The notes under the pieces: model-generated | The model's database searches: none | What the model saw: the letters and a program-made list of their open reading frames with translations, nothing else | Told to the model about the DNA's origin: nothing | Made by a program: the position numbers and the translations under genes | In this document: one piece after another, positions 1 through 9,048 of the stretch | Layout of the letters: every line of letters begins with the position of its first letter | How positions within the stretch are numbered: position 1 is the first letter of the stretch | NCBI GenBank assembly: GCA_016867115.1 | Contig: VGKG01000001.1 | Coordinates: 173,403 to 237,402 of the forward strand | Length of the DNA: 64,000 bases | Reading direction: 5' to 3' | From: Candidatus Omnitrophota bacterium | Lineage (GTDB): Bacteria > Omnitrophota > Gorgyraeia > Gygaellales > Profunditerraquicolaceae

Positions 1-711
1 AAAAGGCGTATCCGTCTTCTCGATCGCTTTTTTCGCCTTTCTTAAATCGAAATAGTACCGGGGCGTCTTGGCTGTATCGACCAGCTTAAAAGCCTTGGGG
101 CTGACGGAAATAAACCCCATTCCCGGAGGAAGCATGAGGCCCTTCTGTGAGCCTGAGATCACCATGTCGCAATACCAGGCATCGCTCTTTATGTCAATGG
201 CGCCGAGGCCGCTGATGGCATCCACTACCAGCACCGCTTCCGTCTCTTTGATGATTTTACCGATAGCCTCGATATCATTGGTAACGCCGGTAGAGGTCTC
301 GCAGAGCGTGGTAAAAACCGCCTTTATTTTGGGGTTTGCGCTTAAACGCTTCTTTATTTCAAGAGGGTCGACTGCCTTACCCCACTCTACATCGATGATT
401 TCGGCATTGACGCCGTAGGCCTTGCAAAGCTCGGTCCATCTTTCGCCGAACTTTCCACCCTGCACGGTGATGGCGGTATCTCCGGGAGAAAGGAGGTTGG
501 CTACTGCTGCCTCCATGGCGCCGGTTCCGGATGAAGCCAGGATAAAGACGGGGTTCTCGGTCTGAAAGACATATTTTAAACCCTCAGTCGCCTCTTTTAA
601 GATAGCCTGGAACTGGGGAGTGCGGTGATGGATTATTGGCCGGGCCATCGATTCGCAAACCTGCGGGGGTAACGGTGTGGGCCCGGGTGTAAGTAAATAG
701 TTCTTCCTCAT
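1..711 (-). CDS. Class V aminotransferase (serine-pyruvate / alanine-glyoxylate aminotransferase family), partial; the 3' end runs off the window start.
   Basis: My translation of the minus strand from the ATG at 711 gives MRKNYLLTPGPTPLPPQVCESMARPIIHHRTPQFQAILKEA...SGSQKGLMLPPGMGFISVS. An AGGAGG ribosome-binding site lies upstream. This ORF is absent from the ORF track because there is no stop codon inside the window. Confidence 0.8.
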   Translation of the reverse strand, partial: MRKNYLLTPGPTPLPPQVCESMARPIIHHRTPQFQAILKEATEGLKYVFQTENPVFILASSGTGAMEAAVANLLSPGDTAITVQGGKFGERWTELCKAYGVNAEIIDVEWGKAVDPLEIKKRLSANPKIKAVFTTLCETSTGVTNDIEAIGKIIKETEAVLVVDAISGLGAIDIKSDAWYCDMVISGSQKGLMLPPGMGFISVSPKAFKLVDTAKTPRYYFDLRKAKKAIEKTDTPF

Positions 712-752
712 GCTTTCCTCCTGTTGTTGGTCCTCAATTGCCGGATTTGTTG

Positions 753-1364
753 TTATTTTTTATTTTTCTGCGGAAAGATTACTTCGTCGATCAGGCCGTA
801 CTCCTTGGCCTCCTGTGCGGACATGAAATAATCGCGATCAGTATCTTTCTGTACCTTTTCCAGGGACTGTCCTGTATGCGCCGATAAGATCTCGTTGATC
901 CGGTCGCGCATCTTCAGGATCTCCTTGGCATGGCGCGAAATATCTTCGGCTGCGCCCTGAATGCCGCCCCAAGGCTGATGGATCATCACCCGGGAATTAG
1001 GCAGGGTATGGCGTTTACCCCTGGTGCCTGCGCACAGAAGCAGGGCGCCCATGCTGGAGGCCTGGCCCACGCAGTAGGTAGAGACGTCGCATTTGACAAA
1101 CTGCATGGTGTCGTAGATCGCAAGGCCTGCGGTGACCGAGCCGCCGGGCGAATTGATATAGATATTGATGTCCTTGGTGACGTCTTCCATCTGCAGGAAG
1201 AGCATCTGGGCGATCACGAGGTTTGCCACGCAATCATCTATCGGTGTGCCGATAAAGACGATGCGGTCCTTTAAGAGGCGCGAATAGATATCGTAGGCGC
1301 GCTCATAACCCCGGGGGGTCTGCTCGATGACCATGGGGACTAAAGTCTGATTTCTAATAGTCAT
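753..1364 (-). CDS. clpP: ATP-dependent Clp protease proteolytic subunit.
   Basis: 203 aa. Carries the ClpP serine-protease signature ([19 protein letters not shown]) and sits in the conserved tig-clpP arrangement. Confidence 0.95.
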   Translation of the reverse strand: MTIRNQTLVPMVIEQTPRGYERAYDIYSRLLKDRIVFIGTPIDDCVANLVIAQMLFLQMEDVTKDINIYINSPGGSVTAGLAIYDTMQFVKCDVSTYCVGQASSMGALLLCAGTRGKRHTLPNSRVMIHQPWGGIQGAAEDISRHAKEILKMRDRINEILSAHTGQSLEKVQKDTDRDYFMSAQEAKEYGLIDEVIFPQKNKK

Positions 1365-1381
1365 TTCTACCTCCTCGAATT

Positions 1382-1428
1382 AGGGGACACTCTTTGACGG
1401 TATAAATTCTATCCAAGGGCTGTCCCCT
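1382..1428. repeat. Palindromic intergenic element (AGGGGACAC...GCTGTCCCCT), family copy 1, between tig and clpP.
   Basis: A 9-10 bp inverted repeat around a 23-nt loop that is 16/23 identical to the loop of the copy at 53288..53333. Confidence 0.6.
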
Positions 1429-1439
1429 TTGCTGTTGAT

Positions 1440-2318
1440 CTATTCTGCTTCCTTCCACTCTGCTTCCCTGAAGAGCAGCTCCATGCATGCGCGCGGCATA
1501 TGATCATCCTGCGGGATATTCTCTCTTTTAGCTATCGCCGAAAGGACAAGATAGACCCTGACCTGCTTTTCCGCTTCTGCCTGAAGGTTCTTCTTCATTT
1601 CCGCTTCCTGCTCGTCAATCTTCTCGCGCGGCGCGCCCTTCACGGCCAGATCCACCTTCGCATGCCTGACCAGGTCATCCAGCTGGCGCTTAACCAGTGA
1701 ATCCGGAAGTTTGAAATTAAGGTCTTTGGTGACCGCTTCGACCACCTCGTTCTCGATCCTGCGGCGCTGCTGGTCGTCCTTACGCAGGGCGATCTGACGG
1801 GTCATCGCCGCTTCCAGCTCCGTAAGGCTCGGATAACCCAATGCCTTGGCAAAATTATCGTCCAGCTCTTTTGCGCCCTGGGACTCTTTCAGGGAACTGA
1901 GGCTACGCTTAGCCTCATCCGGAGAAACATTTATCTTCCTGTATTCGATCTTTATCCCTTTATAATTCTTGACGTTTATCTCCGGGCTCACCTCGACCGT
2001 CGCCTTAAAGCTGAGCTTTTCCCGCTCAAGCTTCACGTCGCTGATATGGGGCAGCTCAATCACGTCGAGGTTTTCTTTAGCTACTGCCTCATTATAAATA
2101 TCGGGTACCAGCTCCTTAAGCACCTGTTCATGGGCACTTGTAGCGTAATGCTTTTCCAGGATGTCACGCGGAGCATTTCCCGGCCTGAAGCCCGGGACCT
2201 TCGCTTCCTTGGCGATGCGCTTAAAGACGTCCTCGAACTTATTCTTCACTACCTCGCCGGCTACCTCGACGAGCATCTCTCTTTTAGTATTGTCGATCTT
2301 TTTGACTTCCGTTTTCAT
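1440..2318 (-). CDS. tig: Trigger factor, short form lacking the central PPIase (FKBP) domain.
   Basis: 292 aa. The N-terminal ribosome-binding domain with its GFRPGNAP signature is joined directly to a C-terminal chaperone-arm-like region. The gene lies immediately upstream of clpP. Confidence 0.8.
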   Translation of the reverse strand: MKTEVKKIDNTKREMLVEVAGEVVKNKFEDVFKRIAKEAKVPGFRPGNAPRDILEKHYATSAHEQVLKELVPDIYNEAVAKENLDVIELPHISDVKLEREKLSFKATVEVSPEINVKNYKGIKIEYRKINVSPDEAKRSLSSLKESQGAKELDDNFAKALGYPSLTELEAAMTRQIALRKDDQQRRRIENEVVEAVTKDLNFKLPDSLVKRQLDDLVRHAKVDLAVKGAPREKIDEQEAEMKKNLQAEAEKQVRVYLVLSAIAKRENIPQDDHMPRACMELLFREAEWKEAE

Positions 2319-2325
2319 TAATTCC

Positions 2326-3048
2326 TCACATTCTGAACTTTTCGCCTAAGTAGATCGAACGCGCCTGGGGATTATTGATCAGCTCCTGGGCAGTGCCGGA
2401 GATAAGGATCTTTCCCTCGGCGATCAAATATGCGCGGTCGGTGATCGAGAGCGTTTCCCTGACATTATGGTCGGTCAAAAGGATCCCCAGCCCTTTTTCT
2501 TTTAATTCCTTGATGATCTCCTGAGCCTCATTCACCACTATCGGGTCTATTCCGGAGAATGGCTCATCGAGAAGAATGAACGAAGGGTTCGTCACCAGCG
2601 CCCGGGTGATCTCAAGGCGCCTCCTCTCTCCGCCGGAAAGAGTAAAGGCCTTGGACTTTGCCAGGTGCGCGATATTCAGCTCATTAAGCAGGACCTTCAG
2701 GCGTTTCTGGCGCTCAAGCCTGTTCAAAGGCAGAGTCTCAAGGATGGCCATAATATTTTCTTCTACGGTAAGCTTGCGAAATATGGAGGCTTCCTGGGAA
2801 AGATAGCCTATGCCGAACCGCGCCCTTTCATGGATAGGCAGCCTGGTGATCTCGTTATTGTCAAAGACGATCCTGCCCCGGTCAGGAGGGACAATCCCCA
2901 CCACCATATAGAATGTTGTGGTCTTGCCCGCGCCGTTAGGGCCGAGGAGCCCGACGATCTCGCCGCGGCGCACCAGGATATCCACGCCCTTGACCACTTC
3001 CCGGCCGTCGTATGACTTGGCCAGGCCCTTAATCTCCAGCAGGTGCAC
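2326..3048 (-). CDS. lptB: LPS export ABC transporter ATP-binding protein.
   Basis: 240 aa. Has Walker A (GPNGAGKTT), the ABC signature LSGGERRR and Walker B (ILLDEP). It sits downstream of kdsD-kdsC and the lptC/lptA gene. Confidence 0.9.
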   Translation of the reverse strand: MHLLEIKGLAKSYDGREVVKGVDILVRRGEIVGLLGPNGAGKTTTFYMVVGIVPPDRGRIVFDNNEITRLPIHERARFGIGYLSQEASIFRKLTVEENIMAILETLPLNRLERQKRLKVLLNELNIAHLAKSKAFTLSGGERRRLEITRALVTNPSFILLDEPFSGIDPIVVNEAQEIIKELKEKGLGILLTDHNVRETLSITDRAYLIAEGKILISGTAQELINNPQARSIYLGEKFRM

Positions 3049-3985
3049 CGAATCCCTCCGTAGAATAAATGATCAATTTCGGCCTTCCGGTCAGGGTAAG
3101 CTTCTTATCCTGAGCGCTATAAATAGCTTCTTCGCTGTAAGAGACGTTTTCTCCGCGCACTACCTTGACGTTCCCGCGCGCGACGATTCTTTCGATCTTA
3201 TTGCCCATAAAACTTCCGGCCTCGCCTTCTTCTTTTCCCGGCCCGCCCGCCGCAGGGGCTTCTTTCTTTTCTTTAGACGAGCTGAAAAACACATCCATCT
3301 TGTCGCTGTAGATCGTGGAATCCTCTCTCTCGACTTTTACGTTATTATTGAAGGTGGCCATACTCTTCTCGTAATCTATGTCCAGCGGGCCGTCGCAGGT
3401 GATGGTAATCTTCTCTTTGACCGCGGAGGCCTTATCCCCCGCAGGCTCTTCCGGGTTGATATCCAGGCGCACGTCCTTCTCAAGCGCCACCTTCTTTAAG
3501 TTCGGCTCTCCCCTTGCGCCGGAGGCGACCACGACCATATTCTCGCGTTTTATGTTGACTATATCGTCGGTGGTCACCAGCTGGTTCTTCCTGTCCCAGT
3601 CCAGGGCGTCGGTGGTGAGTTTCGTGCCGGAAGAAGTGGTGATCACCACGTTCTCTTCCAGGTGCACCTTGCCGTCTGTCTTATTGAAATCCCCCCGCTC
3701 AGCGGTAAGGCGGATATCCTCCTCTTTTCCGTAGAGATTGCCGACCACTTCGTTAAGCTTCACCACTTCAGTGAAGATGTCTGCGGTCTTTCCGGAGAGG
3801 TCCCAGTTCTTCTTGCCCTTTTCTCCGTAACCGGCGAGAGAAAAATCGCTGATCTGCTGGTCTGAGGTCTCGGATGTGCTTGCCCCGGAGCCCGCGGCAA
3901 AGGAGAACGCCAATGCCGGCAGGAAGAATCCTGCGGCAAAGATCCAGGACCGGATAAATGATTTAAGCCGCATATGAACGCACAA
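3029..3985 (-). CDS. LPS transport periplasmic protein: two OstA-like (LptC-like then LptA-like) folds in one polypeptide.
   Basis: 318 aa with an N-terminal signal/anchor. The first half resembles LptC and the second half LptA (OstA_N), joined by a Glu/Lys/Gly-rich linker. The gene occupies the canonical kdsC-lptC-lptA-lptB position. An alternative start at 3973 (MRLKS...) is possible. Confidence 0.6.
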   Translation of the reverse strand: MCVHMRLKSFIRSWIFAAGFFLPALAFSFAAGSGASTSETSDQQISDFSLAGYGEKGKKNWDLSGKTADIFTEVVKLNEVVGNLYGKEEDIRLTAERGDFNKTDGKVHLEENVVITTSSGTKLTTDALDWDRKNQLVTTDDIVNIKRENMVVVASGARGEPNLKKVALEKDVRLDINPEEPAGDKASAVKEKITITCDGPLDIDYEKSMATFNNNVKVEREDSTIYSDKMDVFFSSSKEKKEAPAAGGPGKEEGEAGSFMGNKIERIVARGNVKVVRGENVSYSEEAIYSAQDKKLTLTGRPKLIIYSTEGFGAPAGD

Positions 3986-4490
3986 CCTCCTCCCATAAAC
4001 CTTTTGCCTTAAGCAGGAGCTCTGCCACTTCGCGCACCGCCCCCCTTCCGCCGTGCCTGATCGTAATATAGGAGGCGACCTGCTTGATCTCGGCTGCTGC
4101 GTTAAAGACCGCTACTGGAAACCCCACCTTCTTCATCAGCCCCAGGTCCACCAGATCGTCGCCGATAAAACAGATCTCATCGATAGCCACCTGGTATTTT
4201 TTCAGTATCTTTTCCAGGGCCCTGGTCTTAGGGGTGATATCCGCGATCACTTCCGCCACGCGCATATCCCTGGCGCGGGGAATGATCGCCCGCGAACCTT
4301 TGGCCGTGACCAGGACCGTCTTTATCCCGTATTTGCTTAAGACATAGACTCCGAGGCCGTCATGCACGTCAAAGAACTTTGAATCGCGGCCGCGCGAATC
4401 GTAGACGATGCGTCCGTCGGTAAGCACGCCGTCCACATCCAATAGCAAAAGTTTAATCTTTTTGGCTTTATTTAACGTGGTCGCTTCCAT
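3963..4490 (-). CDS. kdsC: 3-deoxy-D-manno-octulosonate 8-phosphate phosphatase (HAD superfamily).
   Basis: 175 aa. Has the HAD motif LLDVDGVLTDG and overall KdsC-like sequence, and lies adjacent to kdsD. Confidence 0.85.
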   Translation of the reverse strand: MEATTLNKAKKIKLLLLDVDGVLTDGRIVYDSRGRDSKFFDVHDGLGVYVLSKYGIKTVLVTAKGSRAIIPRARDMRVAEVIADITPKTRALEKILKKYQVAIDEICFIGDDLVDLGLMKKVGFPVAVFNAAAEIKQVASYITIRHGGRGAVREVAELLLKAKGLWEEVVRSYAA

Positions 4491-4493
4491 GAG

Positions 4494-5462
4494 CTAAACT
4501 ATGCCTGCCTTCAGAAGGTCCTGCACATCCAGTAAACCGACAGGCCGGCGCTCATTATCCACCACCGGGATCTCATCGATCTTCTTCTCCCGCAGGATAC
4601 GCAGCGCCTCCGCAGCCAGCATGCCGGGGCCGACTACCGTGGGGCTCTTGGTCATCACTTCTTTGATCTTACGCTTGGGCAGCTCCAGATCCCGCTCAAG
4701 GTGCCGGCGCAGGTCTCCGTCGGTAAATATCCCCTTCACCTTTCCGGATCTATCCACGATCGTCGCAGATCCGGACCTGGCCCGGGTGATCTTTAAAAGG
4801 ACCTGGGAGACCCTCTTATCTTCCCCGACCACCGGATTTGCCTGGCCGCGGCGCATGATGTCTTCTACTTTAAGGATCAGCCTCCTGCCGAGGGCGCCTC
4901 CCGGATGATAAAAAGCAAAGTCCTTTTCTCTGAACTTCTTCATCTCAAGAAGGCAGACTGCCAGGGCATCAGCCATGGCTAAAGTCGCGGTAGTGGAAGC
5001 GGTAGGGGCAAGCCCCAGGGGGCAGGCCTCTTTTTTTACCGAAACGTCCAGTACGCTGTCGCTGTATTTTGCCAGGACCGAACCGGGGTTTCCGGTGAGG
5101 GCGATGATCCTGGCCCCGATCTTTTTTAGAAGGGGGAGCAGCTGTTTCATCTCTTCGGTCGAGCCGCTGTTAGAAATGATGATCACCGCGTCGTCGCTGG
5201 TGACCTTGCCCAGGTCTCCGTGAATAGCCTCGGCAGTATGCAGGAATAAGCTCGGCGTCCCGGTCGAAGCCAGGGTCGCGGAGAGTTTTTGGGCGATGAT
5301 ACCGGTCTTGCCCATGCCGCTAACCACTACCCTGCCTTTGGCATTCAGGATGATCTTCAGGGCCCGCTCAAAAGACTTTCCGATACGCGGCTTCAGCGCC
5401 CTGACTGCCATAGCCTCGATCTCTAAGACCTCTTTTGCCCTCTTTAAAACATTCTTCTTCAT
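4494..5462 (-). CDS. kdsD: Arabinose-5-phosphate isomerase (SIS domain plus tandem CBS domains).
   Basis: 322 aa. An SIS domain (VVVSGMGKTG...ISNSG) is followed by a CBS pair, which is the KdsD/GutQ architecture. Confidence 0.9.
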   Translation of the reverse strand: MKKNVLKRAKEVLEIEAMAVRALKPRIGKSFERALKIILNAKGRVVVSGMGKTGIIAQKLSATLASTGTPSLFLHTAEAIHGDLGKVTSDDAVIIISNSGSTEEMKQLLPLLKKIGARIIALTGNPGSVLAKYSDSVLDVSVKKEACPLGLAPTASTTATLAMADALAVCLLEMKKFREKDFAFYHPGGALGRRLILKVEDIMRRGQANPVVGEDKRVSQVLLKITRARSGSATIVDRSGKVKGIFTDGDLRRHLERDLELPKRKIKEVMTKSPTVVGPGMLAAEALRILREKKIDEIPVVDNERRPVGLLDVQDLLKAGIV

Positions 5463-5521
5463 AACTTCACCCTGTATACTGCATACAGCCTACTGCCTAC
5501 AATCACTGAGATCTATAACAA

Positions 5522-6334
5522 TTATAGTGCCTTCTCTATGCTCTTGACTTGCCTCAGCAGTTTCTCAAGTTCCTTAAGGCCGATCATATTCGGCCCGTCG
5601 CAGAGTGCCTTATCCGGGTCCGGATGCACCTCCAGGAACAGGCCGTCGCAACCAAAGGCGACTGCAGCCCTGGAGAGCCCTTCGACAAACTCGCGTTCCC
5701 CTCCGGATGAACCGCCGCAAGCTCCCGGCAATTGCACGCTATGCGTGGCATCATAGATTACCGGATAGCCCATATCGCGCATGATTTTGAGGCTGCGCAG
5801 GTCCGAAACCAGGTTATTATAACCGAAACATGCGCCGCGCTCGGTGATCAGGATCCTTTTATTGCCGGCGGATTCGATCTTCCTGATCAGCGGCTGGACA
5901 TCCCAGGGCGCCAGGAACTGGCCTTTTTTTATGTTCACTACCCTGCCGGTCCTTGCCGCAGCCAGGATAATATCCGTCTGGCGGCTTAAAAAAGCGGGGA
6001 TCTGGATGATATCCGCGACTTCCGCGACCTCGGGGATCTCCTTTTGACAATGGATATCGGTAAGCACCGGCACTTTTAACTGCTTCTTCACCCTGCTTAA
6101 GACTGCCAGGCCCTTCTTCAGCCCCGGCCCCCGGTATGATTCAAGGGAAGAACGGTTGGCCTTGTCAAAACTCGACTTAAAAATATAGGGTATATTTAAT
6201 TTTGCGCAGAGGAGCTTGATCTTCTTTGCCGTATCCAGGCAGAGGCCTTCGGATTCGATCACGCATGGCCCGGCGATCAGAACCAGAGGATTACCGTCGC
6301 CGATCCTGATATTGTTTACGATCACCTGCATCAT
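5522..6334 (-). CDS. kdsA: 3-deoxy-8-phosphooctulonate (KDO8P) synthase.
   Basis: 270 aa. Classic KdsA sequence (AGPCVIES, FKSSFDKANRSS, DATHSVQLPG). Confidence 0.95.
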   Translation of the reverse strand: MMQVIVNNIRIGDGNPLVLIAGPCVIESEGLCLDTAKKIKLLCAKLNIPYIFKSSFDKANRSSLESYRGPGLKKGLAVLSRVKKQLKVPVLTDIHCQKEIPEVAEVADIIQIPAFLSRQTDIILAAARTGRVVNIKKGQFLAPWDVQPLIRKIESAGNKRILITERGACFGYNNLVSDLRSLKIMRDMGYPVIYDATHSVQLPGACGGSSGGEREFVEGLSRAAVAFGCDGLFLEVHPDPDKALCDGPNMIGLKELEKLLRQVKSIEKAL

Positions 6335-7071
6335 AGTCTGTGTGTCCCCAGGTATGCCTTAACCTTTTCCAGGTCCTCGGGCGTATCCACGCCGATAGTC
6401 TCGTATTTTGTCTCGATCATCTTGATGCGGAAGCCCTCTTCAAGGACCCTTAACTGCTCAAGGCACTCGGCCTTTTCCAGGGAAGATGCCGGCGAGTTCC
6501 TGTAGATAAAAAGGAAATCCTTGGTATAGGCGTAAAGCCCGATGTGTTTATAGTAGAGCGGCTCTTTCACCTGGGAATTACGGGCAAGATAGGGGATGGC
6601 TGCGCGGGAAAAATAGAGCGCGAAATTATCCTTATCCGCCACCACCTTGACCACGTCAGGGTCATTGGCCTCATCGGGAGAAGCGATCTTTTTCATGACC
6701 GAAGCCATGAATACCTCGGGATCGTCAAGCAGCGCACCGGCCAGGGCGTCGATCATCGCCGGATGCACCAGGGGTTCGTCTGCCTGGATATTGATCACGA
6801 TCTTTACGTCGATGGGATTGATCACCTCGCAGATCCTGTCCGTGCCCGAGGCATGGCCCTTGGCGGTCATCGCGACTTTGGCGCCGAAACCCTCGGCTAC
6901 GCCGGCGACCCGCTCGTCGTCGCAGGCAATGATCAGCTCATCCAGGGCGATCGCCTGTTTTGCGCGCTCCCAGACATGCTGGAGCATGGGCTTGCCCAGG
7001 ATATCCGCAAGGACCTTGCCTTCGAACCTGGTGGAAGAAAATCTTGCCGGTATGACCCCGATCACATTCAT
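6331..7071 (-). CDS. kdsB: 3-deoxy-manno-octulosonate cytidylyltransferase (CMP-KDO synthetase).
   Basis: 246 aa. N-terminus (VIPARFSSTRFEGK) and overall sequence are KdsB-like; translationally coupled to kdsA. Confidence 0.9.
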   Translation of the reverse strand: MNVIGVIPARFSSTRFEGKVLADILGKPMLQHVWERAKQAIALDELIIACDDERVAGVAEGFGAKVAMTAKGHASGTDRICEVINPIDVKIVINIQADEPLVHPAMIDALAGALLDDPEVFMASVMKKIASPDEANDPDVVKVVADKDNFALYFSRAAIPYLARNSQVKEPLYYKHIGLYAYTKDFLFIYRNSPASSLEKAECLEQLRVLEEGFRIKMIETKYETIGVDTPEDLEKVKAYLGTHRL

Positions 7072-7073
7072 GA

Positions 7074-8087
7074 TTATCTGGTCCTCTCTAACAGTTCTTT
7101 TCGCGTGGCCACTGCCGTGCCGGCCTTGCCTACTACGATCCCGGCGGCAAAGTTGGCGATCGAGGCAGCCTCGCGCAAGTTTGCGCCCGCAGCCAGGCCG
7201 AGGGTGAAGGTGGCGATCACCGTATCCCCGGCACCGGAGACATCAAAGACCTCCTGGGCAACGGTGGGGATATAGGTCATACGCCCGCTCTTCTCGAACA
7301 ATTTCATCCCCTGCTCCCCGAGAGTGACCAGCACCGAATCCAGGTCCAGGTACTCCCGCACCTGACGCGCCGCATCCTCGATATCTCTATCCGTAAAGAG
7401 CCGGTCGCTGTAAACACGGAACTTATTCGCCGTATCTTTGATCTTCAAATTTCTTACCGCATTCTCAAGCTCCTTGCGGTTAGGAGTGATAGAAGTGACC
7501 CGGCGATAATACTGGAAATGCTCCTCTTTAGGGTCAACGGTGATGATCTTTCTGTGGCTGCGCGCCAGCCTTACCAGTTCTTCCAGAAGGCGCTGATTGA
7601 TCACGCCTTTGCCGTAGTCTTCGATGATGATAGCGTCAAATCTTTCAATATTCCTGCGGATGAAGCCGGCGACCTTACGGCTTGCCGCTTCGGAAAGGGG
7701 CCGGCAATCTTCCCAGTCCACCCTGACTACCTGCTGATGGCCGGCGATCACCCTGGTCTTGAGGATTGTCTGCCTCTTTGCCTCAGTAAAGATGCCCCTT
7801 GTATCCACCCTTCTTTTCTTTAATTCCGAGAGCAGGATCCTGGCATGAGCATCCCTGCCTAACACTCCGACCAGGCTGACCTCTGCATCCAGGGCCCGGA
7901 TATTATTGGCGACATTCGCCGCACCGCCGGGGACATAAAACCTCTTATTGGCCCAGACTACCGGCACCGGGGCTTCCGGAGAGACGCGGTCCACAGCGCC
8001 GTGGATATACTGATCGAGGATCAGGTCGCCTACGACGAGGATGCGGGCCCGGGAAAAATTACCGATTATCTTTTTCAGGTTTTTCAT
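7074..8087 (-). CDS. hldA: D-glycero-beta-D-manno-heptose-7-phosphate kinase (HldE/RfaE domain I, PfkB-family sugar kinase).
   Basis: PfkB/ribokinase-like, with a GAGDT motif near the C-terminus. I moved the start to MKNLKK at 8087; the ORF-track start at 8186 adds a non-conserved 33-residue extension. No adenylyltransferase (HldE domain II) is visible in the window. Confidence 0.8.
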   Translation of the reverse strand: MKNLKKIIGNFSRARILVVGDLILDQYIHGAVDRVSPEAPVPVVWANKRFYVPGGAANVANNIRALDAEVSLVGVLGRDAHARILLSELKKRRVDTRGIFTEAKRQTILKTRVIAGHQQVVRVDWEDCRPLSEAASRKVAGFIRRNIERFDAIIIEDYGKGVINQRLLEELVRLARSHRKIITVDPKEEHFQYYRRVTSITPNRKELENAVRNLKIKDTANKFRVYSDRLFTDRDIEDAARQVREYLDLDSVLVTLGEQGMKLFEKSGRMTYIPTVAQEVFDVSGAGDTVIATFTLGLAAGANLREAASIANFAAGIVVGKAGTAVATRKELLERTR

Positions 8088-9013
8088 AGCTTTTCCGTCA
8101 CTGCCTGCGCCAGAAGCGGGAGGGTGATCTCGTGATGGCCGATGATGTAAAAACTCTCGCCTCCGGACATGACCGGCCGCAGGCACACATTCTGCGCCGG
8201 ACGGTAGTGATAGATCATATCGAAGTTGGCGGTGGTAAAATCCTTTACCTGGCTGCCCAGGTTACGCGCAAGGTTTAAGGCCTTCAGGAAGACTTCGGGC
8301 AGGATCACTGCCGATCCGAAATTGAGGACCACGCCGCCGCGGTTGATCCCGGCGATGCGTTCAACCAGCTGATAAAAATCCCTTATGCTTCCTTCGGCCG
8401 CGAGCCCTGCGTCAAAAGAAGGATGCTGATGGATGATATCCGCACCGACTGCCGTAAAGGCCAGTACCGGCACCCCCAGCTGACAAGCCTGATTCAGCAG
8501 GCTTAACCTCTTAAAGCGCAGATTGCTTTTATTTATGGCAGACGCCACGGCATTACCCAGGCCGAGCCCGCCGGAGACGCCTGTGCTTACCGCGTTATTG
8601 ATGAACTCCGCGGTCTCTCTTCCCATGCCGAACGCGCCGCTTTTTAAGTTCTCGGCGACATCCTCCGAGGTCTTCGCCTGAAAGGCGAGCTCAAAATCAT
8701 GGATCAGCCCTGCGCCATTTAAGCATACACAGGTCACTACCTTCTTCTTCATCAGCTCGATCACCACCGGATTCAGGCCGCATTTGATGACATGGGCGCC
8801 GGCCATGAAGATGACCTCTTTCCTGCTTTTACGCGCGCTGACCAGAGCTGCGATCACCCGGCGTAGGTCTTGCGCTTTAAGCGTGCGCGGAAGAGAATCC
8901 AGAAAACGCCGGAAAGTAGCTCCGGCAACCGGAGGCTTGGCAAAGTCCCCTGAAAGGACCTTGCTGAAACGGCTCTTTACCGAATATGTTTTTACCTTCC
9001 TGGGATTAATCAT
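8084..9013 (-). CDS. Deoxyhypusine synthase-like (DHS / homospermidine-synthase-like) family protein.
   Basis: 309 aa. Local similarity to the eukaryotic DHS core, from memory: ours VIFMAGAHVIKCG...VVTCVCLNGAGLIHDFELAF against human IFLGYTSNLISSG...VDVLVTTAGGVEEDFIKCL, and ours GVPVLAFTAVGADII against HIPVFSPALTDGSLGDM. Recognition is unaided; needs an HMM check. Confidence 0.45.
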   Translation of the reverse strand: MINPRKVKTYSVKSRFSKVLSGDFAKPPVAGATFRRFLDSLPRTLKAQDLRRVIAALVSARKSRKEVIFMAGAHVIKCGLNPVVIELMKKKVVTCVCLNGAGLIHDFELAFQAKTSEDVAENLKSGAFGMGRETAEFINNAVSTGVSGGLGLGNAVASAINKSNLRFKRLSLLNQACQLGVPVLAFTAVGADIIHQHPSFDAGLAAEGSIRDFYQLVERIAGINRGGVVLNFGSAVILPEVFLKALNLARNLGSQVKDFTTANFDMIYHYRPAQNVCLRPVMSGGESFYIIGHHEITLPLLAQAVTEKL

Positions 9014-9048
9014 GGGAAGCTATAATTTTAGCATAAATCCGGGCTAAA

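Noticed and set aside
6544-7275. Long plus-strand ORFs antisense to annotated minus-strand genes, such as 6544..7275, 17059..18084 (341 aa), 41214..42194 (326 aa) and 49414..50094.
   Set aside because: They lie entirely inside well-supported minus-strand genes (kdsB/hldA, the LpxL-ELM1 gene, the OMP gene, glyA/rpiB). Their products are low-complexity Arg/Gly/Pro-rich sequences typical of antisense shadow ORFs in GC-rich DNA. None has a plausible ribosome-binding site or a recognisable domain.
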